Below, in pieces: positions 38,140 to 48,256 of a DNA stretch of 64,000 nt. A model generated the notes under the pieces. It did not search any database. It saw only the letters and a program-made list of their open reading frames with translations, and had not been told where the DNA came from. Made by a program: the position numbers and the translations under genes. Positions within the stretch are counted from its first letter, which is position 1, and the number at the start of each line of letters is the position of its first letter. The stretch is from an uncultured Acidimicrobiaceae bacterium (GTDB lineage Bacteria; Actinomycetota; Acidimicrobiia; Spongiisociales; UBA5794), in the NCBI GenBank assembly GCA_964584755.1, contig CAZPAV010000009.1, positions 358 to 64,357 of the forward strand, in the 5' to 3' direction.

Positions 38140-39278
38140 CGGGTCAGGATCTGCACCGTGCACGCCGCTCCCTCGATCCCCGCGGCCTTGCCGCCCCGGC
38201 AGTGGGCCATCCCGACCTTGGCGTCGGGGATCTGCCGGTTGCCGGCCTCGCCGCGGAGCTGCTTGACCACCTCCACGACCTGGGCCACGCCGGTGGCGCC
38301 GAGGGGATGACCCTTGCCGAGGAGCCCCCCGCTGGGGTTCACCGGGAGGCGGCCGCCGATGTCGGCCTCGCCACGGGCGACGGCCTCGCCGTACCCGCCG
38401 CGGGGGAAGAGCCCGAGCCCCTCGACGCGCAGCGCCTCGGCGATGGTGAAGCAGTCGTGGACCTCGGTGAAGCGGATGTCCTCCGGACCCACGCCGGCTC
38501 GCTCGTACGCGTCCTGGGCGGTGTTCCAGGTGAGCGGCTCGAAGGTCATCGAGGTCGGCTCGGGGTCCACCGTCCCGCTGCGCAGGGCGGAGGCCGCCAG
38601 GCGGATGGCCCGGCCGTTGCCGTGCCGCTTGACGTACTCGCCGCTGGCGAGGATGACCGCGGCGGCCCCGTCGGAGACCGGCGAGCAGTCGAGGAGGTTG
38701 AACGGCTCCGCGATGGGCCGTGAGGAGAGGACGTCCTCGACGGTGATCTCCTTCTTGAACTGGGCGAGGGGGTTGAGGGCCGCGTTCCGCTTGTTCTTCA
38801 CCGAGATGAGCGCGAGCTGCTCGCGGGTCATCCCGAACTCCTCCATGTAGCGGCGGGCCCGCATGGCGTACACCGCGGGCATGGTGGCGCCCACCGCCGC
38901 CTCGGGGTCGTCGTCGCCGGGGGTGAAGGCCCCGCGGAACTTGCCGGTGAGGTGCTCGACGCCGACGGCGAGCGCAACGTCGAACTCGGCGGCGCGGATG
39001 CCGATGTACGCCTCACGGATGGCGGTCGCGCCGCTCGAGCAGGCGTTCTCCACGTTGGCGAGCGGGATGCCGGCGAGGCCGACCTGGGCGAGGATGCGCT
39101 GGCCCGTCACCATGGGCTGGAAGACGTGTCCGGCGTAGGCGGCCTGGATCTCGCGGGGGTCGATCTCGGCGTCGTGCATGGCGGCGCGCACCGCCTCCGA
39201 GCCGAGATCCGGTGCGTTGCGGTCGGGGTGCTTCCCGAAGGGGGTCATCCCGATCCCGATGACGTAGACGTCGGTCAT
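38136..39278 (-). CDS. bbsB: SCP2-type thiolase, benzoylsuccinyl-CoA thiolase BbsB-like
   Basis: ENACSSG, YAMRARRYM, EVHDCF, GHPLGATG, and C-terminal GGKAAGIEGAACT resembling the recalled BbsB tail. Confidence 0.72.
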   Translation of the reverse strand: MTDVYVIGIGMTPFGKHPDRNAPDLGSEAVRAAMHDAEIDPREIQAAYAGHVFQPMVTGQRILAQVGLAGIPLANVENACSSGATAIREAYIGIRAAEFDVALAVGVEHLTGKFRGAFTPGDDDPEAAVGATMPAVYAMRARRYMEEFGMTREQLALISVKNKRNAALNPLAQFKKEITVEDVLSSRPIAEPFNLLDCSPVSDGAAAVILASGEYVKRHGNGRAIRLAASALRSGTVDPEPTSMTFEPLTWNTAQDAYERAGVGPEDIRFTEVHDCFTIAEALRVEGLGLFPRGGYGEAVARGEADIGGRLPVNPSGGLLGKGHPLGATGVAQVVEVVKQLRGEAGNRQIPDAKVGMAHCRGGKAAGIEGAACTVQILTR

Positions 39279-39279
39279 G

Positions 39280-39720
39280 TCACTCCTCGTCGTCGTTCAC
39301 GGGCCGGAAGCGGTAGCCGACGAGCTGCCGTCCGGCGTCGTCCTCGCCCCAGGGCTCCAGGGAGAGCTCAACGGGCATGCCGATGTGGACGTCCTCCGGG
39401 TCGCACCCGGCGATCTGGCCCATCACCCGGAGCTTCTCGGGGAGATCGACGTACCCCAGGACGTAGGGCACCGCGAACTCCGGGGTCGACTGGCGGACGA
39501 TCGTGAAGGTGTACAGGGTGCCGCGGCGCGAGAGGGGAACGGTCTCGACGTCCTCGGTGAGACACCGGGCGCAGAGCTCGCGCTTGGGGAAGTAGTGGGC
39601 GCCGCAGGAACGGCAGCGGCTGCCGATGAGGTAGCCGGTGCCGTCGCCCTCGACGGCGAGCTCGCCGGGTCGGAAGGACACGGGGCGGGCCGCGGCGTCG
39701 ATCGTGCTGGTCTGGCTCAC
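39280..39720 (-). CDS. bbsA: Zn-ribbon/OB-fold (DUF35) thiolase partner, BbsA-like
   Basis: CRSC...CARC, VPLSRRGTLY, PYVLGYVDLPEKLRV; immediately upstream of the thiolase. Confidence 0.72.
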   Translation of the reverse strand: MSQTSTIDAAARPVSFRPGELAVEGDGTGYLIGSRCRSCGAHYFPKRELCARCLTEDVETVPLSRRGTLYTFTIVRQSTPEFAVPYVLGYVDLPEKLRVMGQIAGCDPEDVHIGMPVELSLEPWGEDDAGRQLVGYRFRPVNDDEE

Positions 39721-39809
39721 AGGGTATCGCCTCCCTCTCTCGATGCGTGGGGGAGCCGTCCGGCCGTTCGGTCGAACAGGGACATCGTCTCGCCCCCGCC
39801 CGGGCGGCG

Positions 39810-39990
39810 TCAATGAGGCAAGCGCACCATTTTACCGATGTATCGGGATCAGCGCATGGCACGATCGGAGGCGACGTCCTGCGGCACCACCGACTCCTGA
39901 TGCAATGGTACCACCGAAATGATGCCGTTCGCGGATTGACCGGACGGTGAGGGGCGACGACGCTGATAACCAACCGACCGGCCGGACGGT
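39810..39990. promoter_or_regulatory. Divergent promoter region with operator-like palindromes
   Basis: Minus-strand TAAAAT (39834-29); CCGATGTATCGG palindrome (39835-46); TGACCGGACGGTGA (39937-50). Confidence 0.5.
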
Positions 39991-40015
39991 AGAGGAGCTC
40001 ACGGGAGGTGACACC

Positions 40016-41266
40016 ATGACGGGCGAGACCGAGGCGGGCCGGGAGCGGCGCCTGCTCCACGACTGGAACGTGGTGGGCGGTGGCCCCGAGCCGGGCGTTC
40101 CCGAGGTGGAGCTCGACGACGAGACGTTGCGGGACGGCCTGCAGAGCCCGTCGGTGCGCTGTCCCAGCCTCGAGGAGAAGATCGAGATCCTCCACCGCAT
40201 GGAGGACCTCGGCATCCAGGCGGTCGACATCGGGTACGCCGGCGCCGGGGAGGCGGTCCTCGCCGACGTGGTCGGCCTCGCCGCGGAGATCGACCGCAAC
40301 GGGATGCGCATCGAGCCGAACTGCGCCGGGCGGACCCACCCCGCCGACATCGACCCCATCGCCGAGGCCCAGCAGCGCGCCGGCGTTCGCATCGAGGCGG
40401 CCCTCTTCCTCGGCTCGAGCCCCATCCGCCAGTACGCCGAGGGCTGGGACCTCGACTTCCTCCTCGAAACCACCGAGAAGGCCGTCGCCCACGCCCGGGC
40501 GCTCGACCTCGACGTCATGTACGTCACCGAGGACACGACCCGGGCCCAACCCGAGGTGCTCCGGCGTCTCTACACGACGGCCATCGAGGCGGGTGCCCGC
40601 CGCATCTGCCTCTCCGACACCGTCGGGCACGCCACCCCGTGGGGCGTGCGAAACCTCGTCCGCTTCGCCCGGGAGATCGTCGACGACACCGGCGAGCCGG
40701 TGAAGATCGACTTCCACGGTCACCGGGACCGTGGGCTCGACATCTCCAACGCGCTCGCCGCTCTCGAGGCCGGCGCCAACCGGGTCCACGGCTGCGCCCT
40801 CGGGATCGGCGAACGGGTCGGCAACGCGGCCATGGACGTCCTCCTCGTGAACCTCCGACTCCTCGGCTGGATCGACGCCGACCTCGCCGCCCTCCCCGCC
40901 TACTGCGAGGCGGTCTCCCGGGCCACCGACACCCCCATCCCCCACAACTACCCGGCGGTGGGGAAGGACGCCTTCGAGACGAGCACCGGGGTGCACGCCG
41001 CCGCGGTCCTCAAGGCCCTCCGTCGGGGCGACACGTGGCTCGCCAACCGGGTGTACAGCGGGGTTCCCGCCGACCTCCTCGGCCGCTCCCAGGTCATCAC
41101 GGTGGGTCCCATGAGCGGCCAGGCCAACGCCGAGGCCTGGCTCTTCCAACACGACATCTCCCCGGAGCCGGACCTCGTGCGGCGCATCGTCGCCGCGGCG
41201 AAGGCCTCCGACACGGTCCTCACCGAGGAGCAGATGATGGAGATCGTGGGAGGCGCCCATGCCTGA
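40016..41266 (+). CDS. DRE-TIM acyltransferase, LeuA/homocitrate-synthase-like, without regulatory domain
   Basis: DETLRDGLQ, EDTTRA, LSDTVG, HGHRDRG, GIGERVGN, GVHAAA. Confidence 0.85.
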   Translation: MTGETEAGRERRLLHDWNVVGGGPEPGVPEVELDDETLRDGLQSPSVRCPSLEEKIEILHRMEDLGIQAVDIGYAGAGEAVLADVVGLAAEIDRNGMRIEPNCAGRTHPADIDPIAEAQQRAGVRIEAALFLGSSPIRQYAEGWDLDFLLETTEKAVAHARALDLDVMYVTEDTTRAQPEVLRRLYTTAIEAGARRICLSDTVGHATPWGVRNLVRFAREIVDDTGEPVKIDFHGHRDRGLDISNALAALEAGANRVHGCALGIGERVGNAAMDVLLVNLRLLGWIDADLAALPAYCEAVSRATDTPIPHNYPAVGKDAFETSTGVHAAAVLKALRRGDTWLANRVYSGVPADLLGRSQVITVGPMSGQANAEAWLFQHDISPEPDLVRRIVAAAKASDTVLTEEQMMEIVGGAHA

Positions 41267-43070
41267 GGTCACCGAGGCGCCGACCGCCGTCACCCGGCTC
41301 CTCCTCTCCGGGAACGAAGCCATCGCCCGGGGCGCCTACGAGGCCGGGGTCCGGGTGGCCTCCGGGTACCCGGGCACGCCGAGCACCGAGATCCTCCAGA
41401 CCCTCGGCCGCGAGGAGGCGGTCGACGTCCGCTGGTCCCCCAACGAGAAGGTGGCGCTCGACGTCGCCCTCGGCGCCTCCTTCGGCGGGGCCCGCGCCCT
41501 CGCCACGATGAAGCACGTCGGCCTCAACGTGGCCGCCGACACCTTCATGACCGCGGCGTACACCGGGGTCGGGGCCGGGCTCGTGATCGTCTCCGCCGAC
41601 GACCCCGGGATGCACAGCTCCCAGAACGAGCAGGACAACCGGTACTACGCCCGCTTCGCCGGGGTGCCCCTCCTCGAGCCGTCCGACAGCGCCGAGGCGA
41701 AGGCCGCCACCAAGCTCGCCTTCGCCATCTCGGAGGAGTTCGACACCCCCGTCCTCGTGCGCACGACGACGCGGGTCTCCCACAACCGCGGCGTCGTCGC
41801 CATCGAGCCCCCCGAGGATCCCCCCGCGGGCGGCTTCCGGCGCAACCCCCAGAAGTACGTCATGCTGCCCGGGCACGCCCGCCGCCGTCACCCCGTCCTG
41901 CTCGACCGCCTCGAGCGGCTCACCCGGTACGTCGAGGAGAGCCCCCTCACCGTCGCGGTGGGCACCGACGACCGGGTCGGGGTCGTCACCGCCGGGATTC
42001 CGTACCACTACGTGCGGGAGGTGCTCCCCGACGCCCGCATCCTCAAGCTGGGGATGAGCTTCCCCCTCCCCGTGGAGCGGATCCGGGAGTTCGCCGCCTC
42101 CGTGGAGCGACTCTTCGTCGTCGAGGAGCTCGAGCCCTTCCTCGAGGACGCGATCCGGGCCGCCGGCATCGCCGTGGAGGGCAAGGCCTTCTTCCCCCGC
42201 ATCGGGGAGCTCACACCCGACATCGTCCACGACGGCTTCGCCCTCGCCGGCGTCCTCCCGCCCCGCACCGCGGTCGACCCAGGGCCGGACACGGTGGTCC
42301 GTCCGCCGCTGCTGTGTCCCGGATGTCCCCACACGGTGCCGTTCCTCGCCCTCAAGCGTCTCGAGGCCACGGTCACCGGCGACATCGGCTGCTACACGCT
42401 CGCCGCGCTCGAGCCGCTCGCCTCCATGGACACCTGTGTCGCCATGGGCGCCAGCATCGGCGCCGCCATCGGCCTCGACGCCAGTGGAGGCGTCGACGGT
42501 CCCATCGTCGCCACGATCGGAGACTCGACGTTCCTCCACGGCGGGATCCAGGGGCTCATGGACGCGGTGTACGCCGACGCCGACATCACCGTGGTCATCC
42601 TCGACAACGGGACGGTGGCGATGACCGGCGGCCAGCCCCACCCCGGGACGGGGGTGACGCTCAAGGGCGATCCGGCCCGGCCGGTCGACATCCCGGCCCT
42701 CTGCCGGGCGCTGGGGGTGGAGGACGTCCACACCGTCGATCCCTACGACGTGGCGGCGACGTTCCGGGCCCTCGAGGCGGCGATCGCCCACCCCGGTCCC
42801 TCGGTCGTCATCACGAACCGGCCCTGCGTCGAGGCGCCTCGGAAGGTGCGGGATCTCCCCTACCGGGTCGAGCTCGCCGACTGCATCGCCTGTCAGGCGT
42901 GCACGACCCTGGGATGCCCCTCCATCGTCTGGGCCGAGGAGACGTACGAGGGACGCCGCAAGGTCGTCATCGACTCGACCACCTGCACCGGCTGCACGCT
43001 CTGCGCCCAGCTCTGCGCGCCGCGGGCCATCGTCCCGGTCGAGCCCGAGGAAGGAGGAGATCGTGGCTGA
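41259..43070 (+). CDS. iorA: Indolepyruvate/arylpyruvate:ferredoxin oxidoreductase alpha
   Basis: LSGNEAIARG, YPGTPSTEI, MKHVGLNVA, SSQNEQD, LCPGCPH, GDIGCY, IGDSTF, two C-terminal 4Fe-4S motifs. Confidence 0.95.
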   Translation: MPEVTEAPTAVTRLLLSGNEAIARGAYEAGVRVASGYPGTPSTEILQTLGREEAVDVRWSPNEKVALDVALGASFGGARALATMKHVGLNVAADTFMTAAYTGVGAGLVIVSADDPGMHSSQNEQDNRYYARFAGVPLLEPSDSAEAKAATKLAFAISEEFDTPVLVRTTTRVSHNRGVVAIEPPEDPPAGGFRRNPQKYVMLPGHARRRHPVLLDRLERLTRYVEESPLTVAVGTDDRVGVVTAGIPYHYVREVLPDARILKLGMSFPLPVERIREFAASVERLFVVEELEPFLEDAIRAAGIAVEGKAFFPRIGELTPDIVHDGFALAGVLPPRTAVDPGPDTVVRPPLLCPGCPHTVPFLALKRLEATVTGDIGCYTLAALEPLASMDTCVAMGASIGAAIGLDASGGVDGPIVATIGDSTFLHGGIQGLMDAVYADADITVVILDNGTVAMTGGQPHPGTGVTLKGDPARPVDIPALCRALGVEDVHTVDPYDVAATFRALEAAIAHPGPSVVITNRPCVEAPRKVRDLPYRVELADCIACQACTTLGCPSIVWAEETYEGRRKVVIDSTTCTGCTLCAQLCAPRAIVPVEPEEGGDRG

Positions 43071-43923
43071 GGACGTGCGGGGGATCCTCCTCGCCGGCGT
43101 CGGTGGGCAGGGGGTCATCATGGCGAGCATGGTGGTCGCCGAGGCGTGCCTCCAGGCCGGCTACGACGTCAAGCAGAGCGAGGTCCACGGCATGGCCCAG
43201 CGGGGCGGATCCGTGTTCAGCCACCTGCGCTTCGGGCCCGAGGTCTCCAGCCCGCTCGTTCCCCTCGGCTCGGCCACCGTCCTGGCGGCCTTCGAGTGGG
43301 CCGAGGGGCTCCGCTGGCTCCCGTACGTCTCCCCCGAGGGGGCGGTCGTCGCCGACGTGCGACGCATCGTGCCCCCCGGCGCCTGCCGGGACCACCGCAC
43401 CTGGGTGGAGACGTACCCCGCCCGCTACGAGCAGGTCCTGCGGGAGCGAGCCGCGGCGGTGCGGCTCCTCGACGCCAGCGCCATGGCGCGTGAGCTCGGG
43501 AACGTCCGGGCGGCGAACAGCGTCGTCCTCGGTGCCGTCGCCAACTTCCTCGACCTCCCCGAGGTGTGCTGGGAGAAGGCGATCGCCCGTCGGGTCCCGC
43601 CGCACACCGTCGACGTGAACCTCGAGGCGTTCCATCTCGGCCGGGAGGCCCCCTCCCTCACGCTGCCCGAGCCGGAGCCACTCCCGCCCGTCCCCACGGG
43701 CTCGCCCCGGATCCATCTCGACCGGTCCTGGTGCAAGGACTGCGGGATCTGCCCCCGGGTCTGCCCCGAGTACTGCCTCGCCATGGACGAGCACGGGCGC
43801 CTGGCGATCGTGGCGCCGGAGGCCTGCACCGGCTGCCGGCTCTGCGAGCTGCTGTGTCCCGACTTCGCCATCACCATCGATCGGGACCCCGTCCCGGTCC
43901 CTGCCGGGAAAGGGGAGCGATGA
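43063..43923 (+). CDS. iorB: IOR beta subunit fused to a C-terminal 2x[4Fe-4S] ferredoxin (KorD-like)
   Basis: GVGGQG, SEVHGMAQRGGSV, NSVVLG, NLEAF..G; then CKDCGICPRVCP and CTGCRLCELLCP. Confidence 0.9.
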   Translation: MAEDVRGILLAGVGGQGVIMASMVVAEACLQAGYDVKQSEVHGMAQRGGSVFSHLRFGPEVSSPLVPLGSATVLAAFEWAEGLRWLPYVSPEGAVVADVRRIVPPGACRDHRTWVETYPARYEQVLRERAAAVRLLDASAMARELGNVRAANSVVLGAVANFLDLPEVCWEKAIARRVPPHTVDVNLEAFHLGREAPSLTLPEPEPLPPVPTGSPRIHLDRSWCKDCGICPRVCPEYCLAMDEHGRLAIVAPEACTGCRLCELLCPDFAITIDRDPVPVPAGKGER

Positions 43924-45068
43924 GCACACCACGGCTCGTTCAGGGCAACGAGGCCTGCGTCCTCGGGGCGCTCGCCGCCGGGTGCCGCTTCTTCGCGGGG
44001 TACCCGATCACCCCCTCGTCGGAGATCGCCGAGCTCATGTCCCGCGAGCTGCCCCGTCGCGGCGGCGCGTTCATCCAGATGGAGGACGAGATCGGATCGC
44101 TCGCCGCCGTCCTCGGCGCCTCTCTCGCCGGGACCAAGGCGATGACCGCCACCAGCGGGCCCGGCTTCTCCCTCATGCAGGAGCACATCGGGTTCGGCGC
44201 CATCGCCGAGATCCCCTGCGTGGTCGTCGACGTCATGCGCGGCGGGCCCAGCACGGGACGGCCCACCTCCCCCTCCCAGGGCGACGTCATGCAGGCCCGG
44301 TGGGGGACGCACGGCGACCACCCCGCCATCGTGCTCGCCCCCGCGACGGTGCGCGAGGTCTTCGACCTGACGGTGCGCGCCTTCGACCTCGCCGAGCGGT
44401 TCCGGATGCCGATCATCCTCCTCTACGACGAGATCCTCGGCCACACCCGGGAGGGGGTGACCCTCCCGAGCGAGGTCGAGACCGTCGAGCGGGTCCGGCC
44501 CACGGTGCCTCCCGAGGAGTTCTGGCCGAAGGCGGCGCCACCCGACGGCGTCCCGCCCCTGCCCGCCTTCGGCGACGGGTACCGCTTCCACGTCACGGGC
44601 CTCACCCACGACGAGCGGGGCTTCCCGACGAACGACGCCGCCGAGGCGGGCGCGCTCATGGAGCGGCTCCGGCGCAAGGTCGAGGACCACCTCGACGAGG
44701 TCCGCGACGTCGAGACCTTCCACACCGAGGACGCCGACGTGGTGGTCTTCGCCTACGGCACGGTGGGCCGGGCGGCACGGGAGGCGGTGGTGCGAGCCCG
44801 GGCCCGCGGCGTGCGGGCCGGGCTGCTGCGGCCCCGCACCCTCTGGCCCTTCCCCGAGGAGGAGGTGGCCGCGCTCGCGGCGCGGACCGGCGCCATCCTC
44901 GTGGCGGAGATGAACCAGGGTCAGCTCCTCCGCGAGGTGGAACGGGCGGCGGGCGGTCGGTGCGAGATCGCCACCCACCTGCGCGCCGACGGGGAGGCCA
45001 TCGTGCCCGCCGAGCTGCTCGAGGTGCTGTCGGCGCGGATCCCGGTCTCGGGAGGAGGTGGCGCATGA
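43920..45068 (+). CDS. korA: 2-oxoacid:ferredoxin oxidoreductase alpha (KorA-like)
   Basis: QGNEAC, FAGYPITPSSEIAE, QMEDEIGS, TATSGPGFSLMQE, RGGPSTG, EMNQGQ. Confidence 0.93.
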   Translation: MSTPRLVQGNEACVLGALAAGCRFFAGYPITPSSEIAELMSRELPRRGGAFIQMEDEIGSLAAVLGASLAGTKAMTATSGPGFSLMQEHIGFGAIAEIPCVVVDVMRGGPSTGRPTSPSQGDVMQARWGTHGDHPAIVLAPATVREVFDLTVRAFDLAERFRMPIILLYDEILGHTREGVTLPSEVETVERVRPTVPPEEFWPKAAPPDGVPPLPAFGDGYRFHVTGLTHDERGFPTNDAAEAGALMERLRRKVEDHLDEVRDVETFHTEDADVVVFAYGTVGRAAREAVVRARARGVRAGLLRPRTLWPFPEEEVAALAARTGAILVAEMNQGQLLREVERAAGGRCEIATHLRADGEAIVPAELLEVLSARIPVSGGGGA

Positions 45069-45886
45069 TCGACGTTCGAACCTACCTGCGCGAGTGGGCG
45101 ATGCCTCACGTCCTCTGTCCCGGGTGCGCCCACGGCATCGTCCTCCACGGGCTCCTCGAGGCCATCGACCGACGCGGGCTCGACCGCGACGAGGTGGCGA
45201 TGGTCGCCGGGATCGGGTGCAGCAGCCGGCTCGTCGGCTACGTCGACTTCTGCACGCTGCACACCACCCACGGGCGGGCTCCCGCGTTCGCCACCGGCCT
45301 GAAGCTCGCCCGTCCCGAGCTCACCGTCATCGTCATCTCCGGGGACGGGGACGGGCTCGCCATCGGGGGCAACCACCTCATCCACGCCGCGCGCCGCAAC
45401 GTGGACATCACGGTCCTCCTCTTCAACAACGCCATCTACGGGATGACCGGAGGGCAGGTGGCGCCGACGACCCCCCGCGGCGCCATCGCCACCACGGCCC
45501 GCGCCGGCAACACCGAGCCACCCTTCGACCCCTGCCGGCTCCTCGTGGGTGCCGGTGCCTCCTTCGTGGCTCGCGCCATGGCCGCCGAGCCCCTGAAGAT
45601 GGCCGACATCGTGGAGCAGGCCCTCGCCCACCGTGGGTTCTCCTTCATCGAGGTCGTCAGCGACTGCCCCGAGTACTTCGGTCGCTACAACAAGCTGGGT
45701 CGCGGCGCGGAGCTCCTCTCCCTCATGACCCGGCGCGACGAGCGGATCGCCGGACCGCTCGCCGCCAAGGCGTCGGTGCCGCACGTGCCGGCGCCCGAGC
45801 TCCTCGACGGCCTCGAGCTGGGGATCCTCCATCGGGAGGAACGGCCGGTCTTCACCGGGCGAGGGGCGGGAGGAGGCGGACGATGA
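45065..45886 (+). CDS. korB: 2-oxoacid:ferredoxin oxidoreductase beta (KorB-like)
   Basis: CPGCAHG, GIGCSSR, HGRAPAFATG, GDGDGLAIGGNH, NNAIYGMTGGQ. Confidence 0.93.
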   Translation: MIDVRTYLREWAMPHVLCPGCAHGIVLHGLLEAIDRRGLDRDEVAMVAGIGCSSRLVGYVDFCTLHTTHGRAPAFATGLKLARPELTVIVISGDGDGLAIGGNHLIHAARRNVDITVLLFNNAIYGMTGGQVAPTTPRGAIATTARAGNTEPPFDPCRLLVGAGASFVARAMAAEPLKMADIVEQALAHRGFSFIEVVSDCPEYFGRYNKLGRGAELLSLMTRRDERIAGPLAAKASVPHVPAPELLDGLELGILHREERPVFTGRGAGGGGR

Positions 45887-46425
45887 GCCGCCGCCTCGAC
45901 CTGCGTCTCGCCGGGGCCGGCGGCCAGGGCGTCGCCCTCGCCGGCCGCATCCTCGCCGAGGCGGCGTTGCGCTCAGGGCGCGAGGCCGCCTACTCGCAGG
46001 CGTACGGGCCCGCCTCCCGGGGCGGGGCCAGCCACGCCGACGTCGTGATCGCCGCAGGCGAGATCGGCTGGCCCCTCGCCGAGTCCATCGGCGTGCTCGT
46101 CGCGGTTTCGGGGGCGGCGTACGCGAAGTACGCTCCCGGGGTGGAAGCCGGGACGACGGTCGTCGCCGACACCGAGGCGATCGACCCCGAGACCCCCACC
46201 GCGGGGACCCTCCGCTCCTTCCCGATCGTGGCCACGGCCCGGCGGATCGGCGGGGGGCCGATCCTCAGCGGCGTGGTCGCCCTCGGGGTCCTCCAGGGCC
46301 TCGTCGGCCTCGTCGACGAGGCCGCCCTCGAGGAGGCGCTCGCCTCTCGGGTCCCGTCCGACCGGCGCGAGATGAACCTGCGCGCCCTGGCCGAGGGGCG
46401 CCTGCTGGCGAACGGAGGTCGATGA
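45883..46425 (+). CDS. korC: 2-oxoacid:ferredoxin oxidoreductase gamma (KorC-like)
   Basis: AGAGGQGV, SQAYGPASRGG, MNLRALAEG. Confidence 0.88.
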   Translation: MSRRLDLRLAGAGGQGVALAGRILAEAALRSGREAAYSQAYGPASRGGASHADVVIAAGEIGWPLAESIGVLVAVSGAAYAKYAPGVEAGTTVVADTEAIDPETPTAGTLRSFPIVATARRIGGGPILSGVVALGVLQGLVGLVDEAALEEALASRVPSDRREMNLRALAEGRLLANGGR

Positions 46426-47036
46426 TGACCGTCGAGGCGACCGAGGCCACCGCGGACGTCGGGACGGGCGAGCGCATCCGGCGTGCCGCCGCCGCGCTCT
46501 TCCGGGAGAAGGGCTTCAACGGGACGAGCATGGCCGACCTCGCCGCCGCGGTCGGCATCACGAAGTCGAGCCTGTACCACCACTTCTCCTCGAAGCAGGC
46601 GCTGCTCCTCGAGATCCTCGAGCTCACCGTCGACCGGGTGACCCCGGCGTTGCGGGCCGTAGCCGAATCGGAACGACCCGCCACCGAGCGGCTCCGCCGG
46701 GCGGTCGTCATGCACGTCGTCGAAGGGCTCCGCGACCGGGACAACCTCGCCTGCTTCGTCGAGGAGGGCCGGTACCTCGAACCGGCGTACATGGAGGCGT
46801 ACGTCGCCAAGCGCGACCGCTACGAGCACTACGTGCGCCGCATCATCCGCGACGGCATCGCCTCGGGCGAGTTCCGTCCCGTCGATCCCCGCCTCACCGC
46901 GATGGCCATTCTCGGCATGGCGAACTCGGCGGTTCGCTGGTACCGGCCGGAGGGCGACTACACGCCGGAGGAGATCGGGGCGTCGTTCGCCGAGCTCGTC
47001 GTCGACGGGCTCCTCGCCGGAGGCGCCCCCACATGA
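46422..47036 (+). CDS. TetR/AcrR family transcriptional regulator
   Basis: [33 protein letters not shown]; C-terminal WYRP. Confidence 0.93.
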   Translation: MMTVEATEATADVGTGERIRRAAAALFREKGFNGTSMADLAAAVGITKSSLYHHFSSKQALLLEILELTVDRVTPALRAVAESERPATERLRRAVVMHVVEGLRDRDNLACFVEEGRYLEPAYMEAYVAKRDRYEHYVRRIIRDGIASGEFRPVDPRLTAMAILGMANSAVRWYRPEGDYTPEEIGASFAELVVDGLLAGGAPT

Positions 47037-48256
47037 GCGGCGCGCTGGCGGGCATCCGGATCCTGGATCTCTCCCAGGGCGCGGCCGGGCCCATCGCCAC
47101 CATGTTCCTCGGCGACCTCGGTGCCGAGGTCGTCAAGGTGGAACCACCGGGAGGGGAGTGGGGCCGGGGACTCGGTCCGCCCTTCCTCGGGGGGACCGCG
47201 GCGGCCTTCGTGGGGATGAACCGCAACAAGCGGGGCATCGTCGTCGACCTGAAGCGCCCCGGTGGCAGCGAGGTGGTGGCCCGCCTCGCCGAGGGGTGCG
47301 ACGCCATGCTGGAGAGCTTCCGTCCCGGCGTCGCCGACCGGCTCGGCGTCGGGTACGCCGCGCTCTCCCCGCGCAACCCTCGCCTCGTCTACGCGACGAT
47401 CTCGGCCTTCGGTCAGGAGGGCCCGTGGCGGAACCGCCCCGGGGTCGACGGCATCGTGCAGGCGGTCGGGGGGATCATGAGCGTCACCGGGACCGAGGAC
47501 GGGACCCCCGTCAAGGTGGGGGTGCCCGCCGCCGACATGGTCGCCGGGATCTTCGCCTCCCAGGCGATCGTCGCCGCCCTCTACGCCCGGGAGCGGACCG
47601 GCGCCGGCCAGCGCGTCGACCTCTCCCTCCTCGAGTCGCTCCTCGCCTTCCAGGTCGTGCCCCTCTCCATGTACCTCGCCTCGGGACGGCCGCCTCGTCG
47701 CATGGGGAGCGCCGCGCCGTACTCGGCGCCCAACGAGGCCTTCCGCACCGCCGACGGGTGGATCCAGGTCGCCGCCTACACGCCCCGTCGCTGGCCGGCC
47801 CTGTGCGCCGTCCTGGGGCGTCCCGAGCTCGCCACCGATCCCCGCTTCGACACGAACGCCGGGCGCGTCGAGCGACGGGGGGAGCTCCACGCCGAGCTGG
47901 AGGCGGCGTTCGCGACCCGCACGACGAAGGAGTGGCTCGCCGAGCTCGAGGCGGTCGACGTCCTCTGCGGGCCGATCCTCTCCTACCCGGAGCTCCTCGC
48001 CGAGGACCACCTCGCCCGGATCGACGCCCTCCCGACCTTCACCCAGCCCGGCGTGGGGGAGCTGCGGGCGGTGCGGAACCCGGCCCGCTTCTCCGATACC
48101 GGGGCGGTGCACCGGCGGCCCGCGCCGTTGCGTCCCGGGGAGGACACCCGCGAGGTGCTCGCCGCCGCCGGGTTCGCCGCCGACGAGATCGCCGAGCTCG
48201 TGGCCCGGGGCGTCGTCTCCGCGCCCGAGGAACCGAACGGAAAGGAGGAGCCGTGA
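47033..48256 (+). CDS. Family III CoA-transferase (CaiB/BaiF)
   Basis: [39 protein letters not shown] with catalytic Asp, APNEAFRT. Confidence 0.93.
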   Translation: MSGALAGIRILDLSQGAAGPIATMFLGDLGAEVVKVEPPGGEWGRGLGPPFLGGTAAAFVGMNRNKRGIVVDLKRPGGSEVVARLAEGCDAMLESFRPGVADRLGVGYAALSPRNPRLVYATISAFGQEGPWRNRPGVDGIVQAVGGIMSVTGTEDGTPVKVGVPAADMVAGIFASQAIVAALYARERTGAGQRVDLSLLESLLAFQVVPLSMYLASGRPPRRMGSAAPYSAPNEAFRTADGWIQVAAYTPRRWPALCAVLGRPELATDPRFDTNAGRVERRGELHAELEAAFATRTTKEWLAELEAVDVLCGPILSYPELLAEDHLARIDALPTFTQPGVGELRAVRNPARFSDTGAVHRRPAPLRPGEDTREVLAAAGFAADEIAELVARGVVSAPEEPNGKEEP

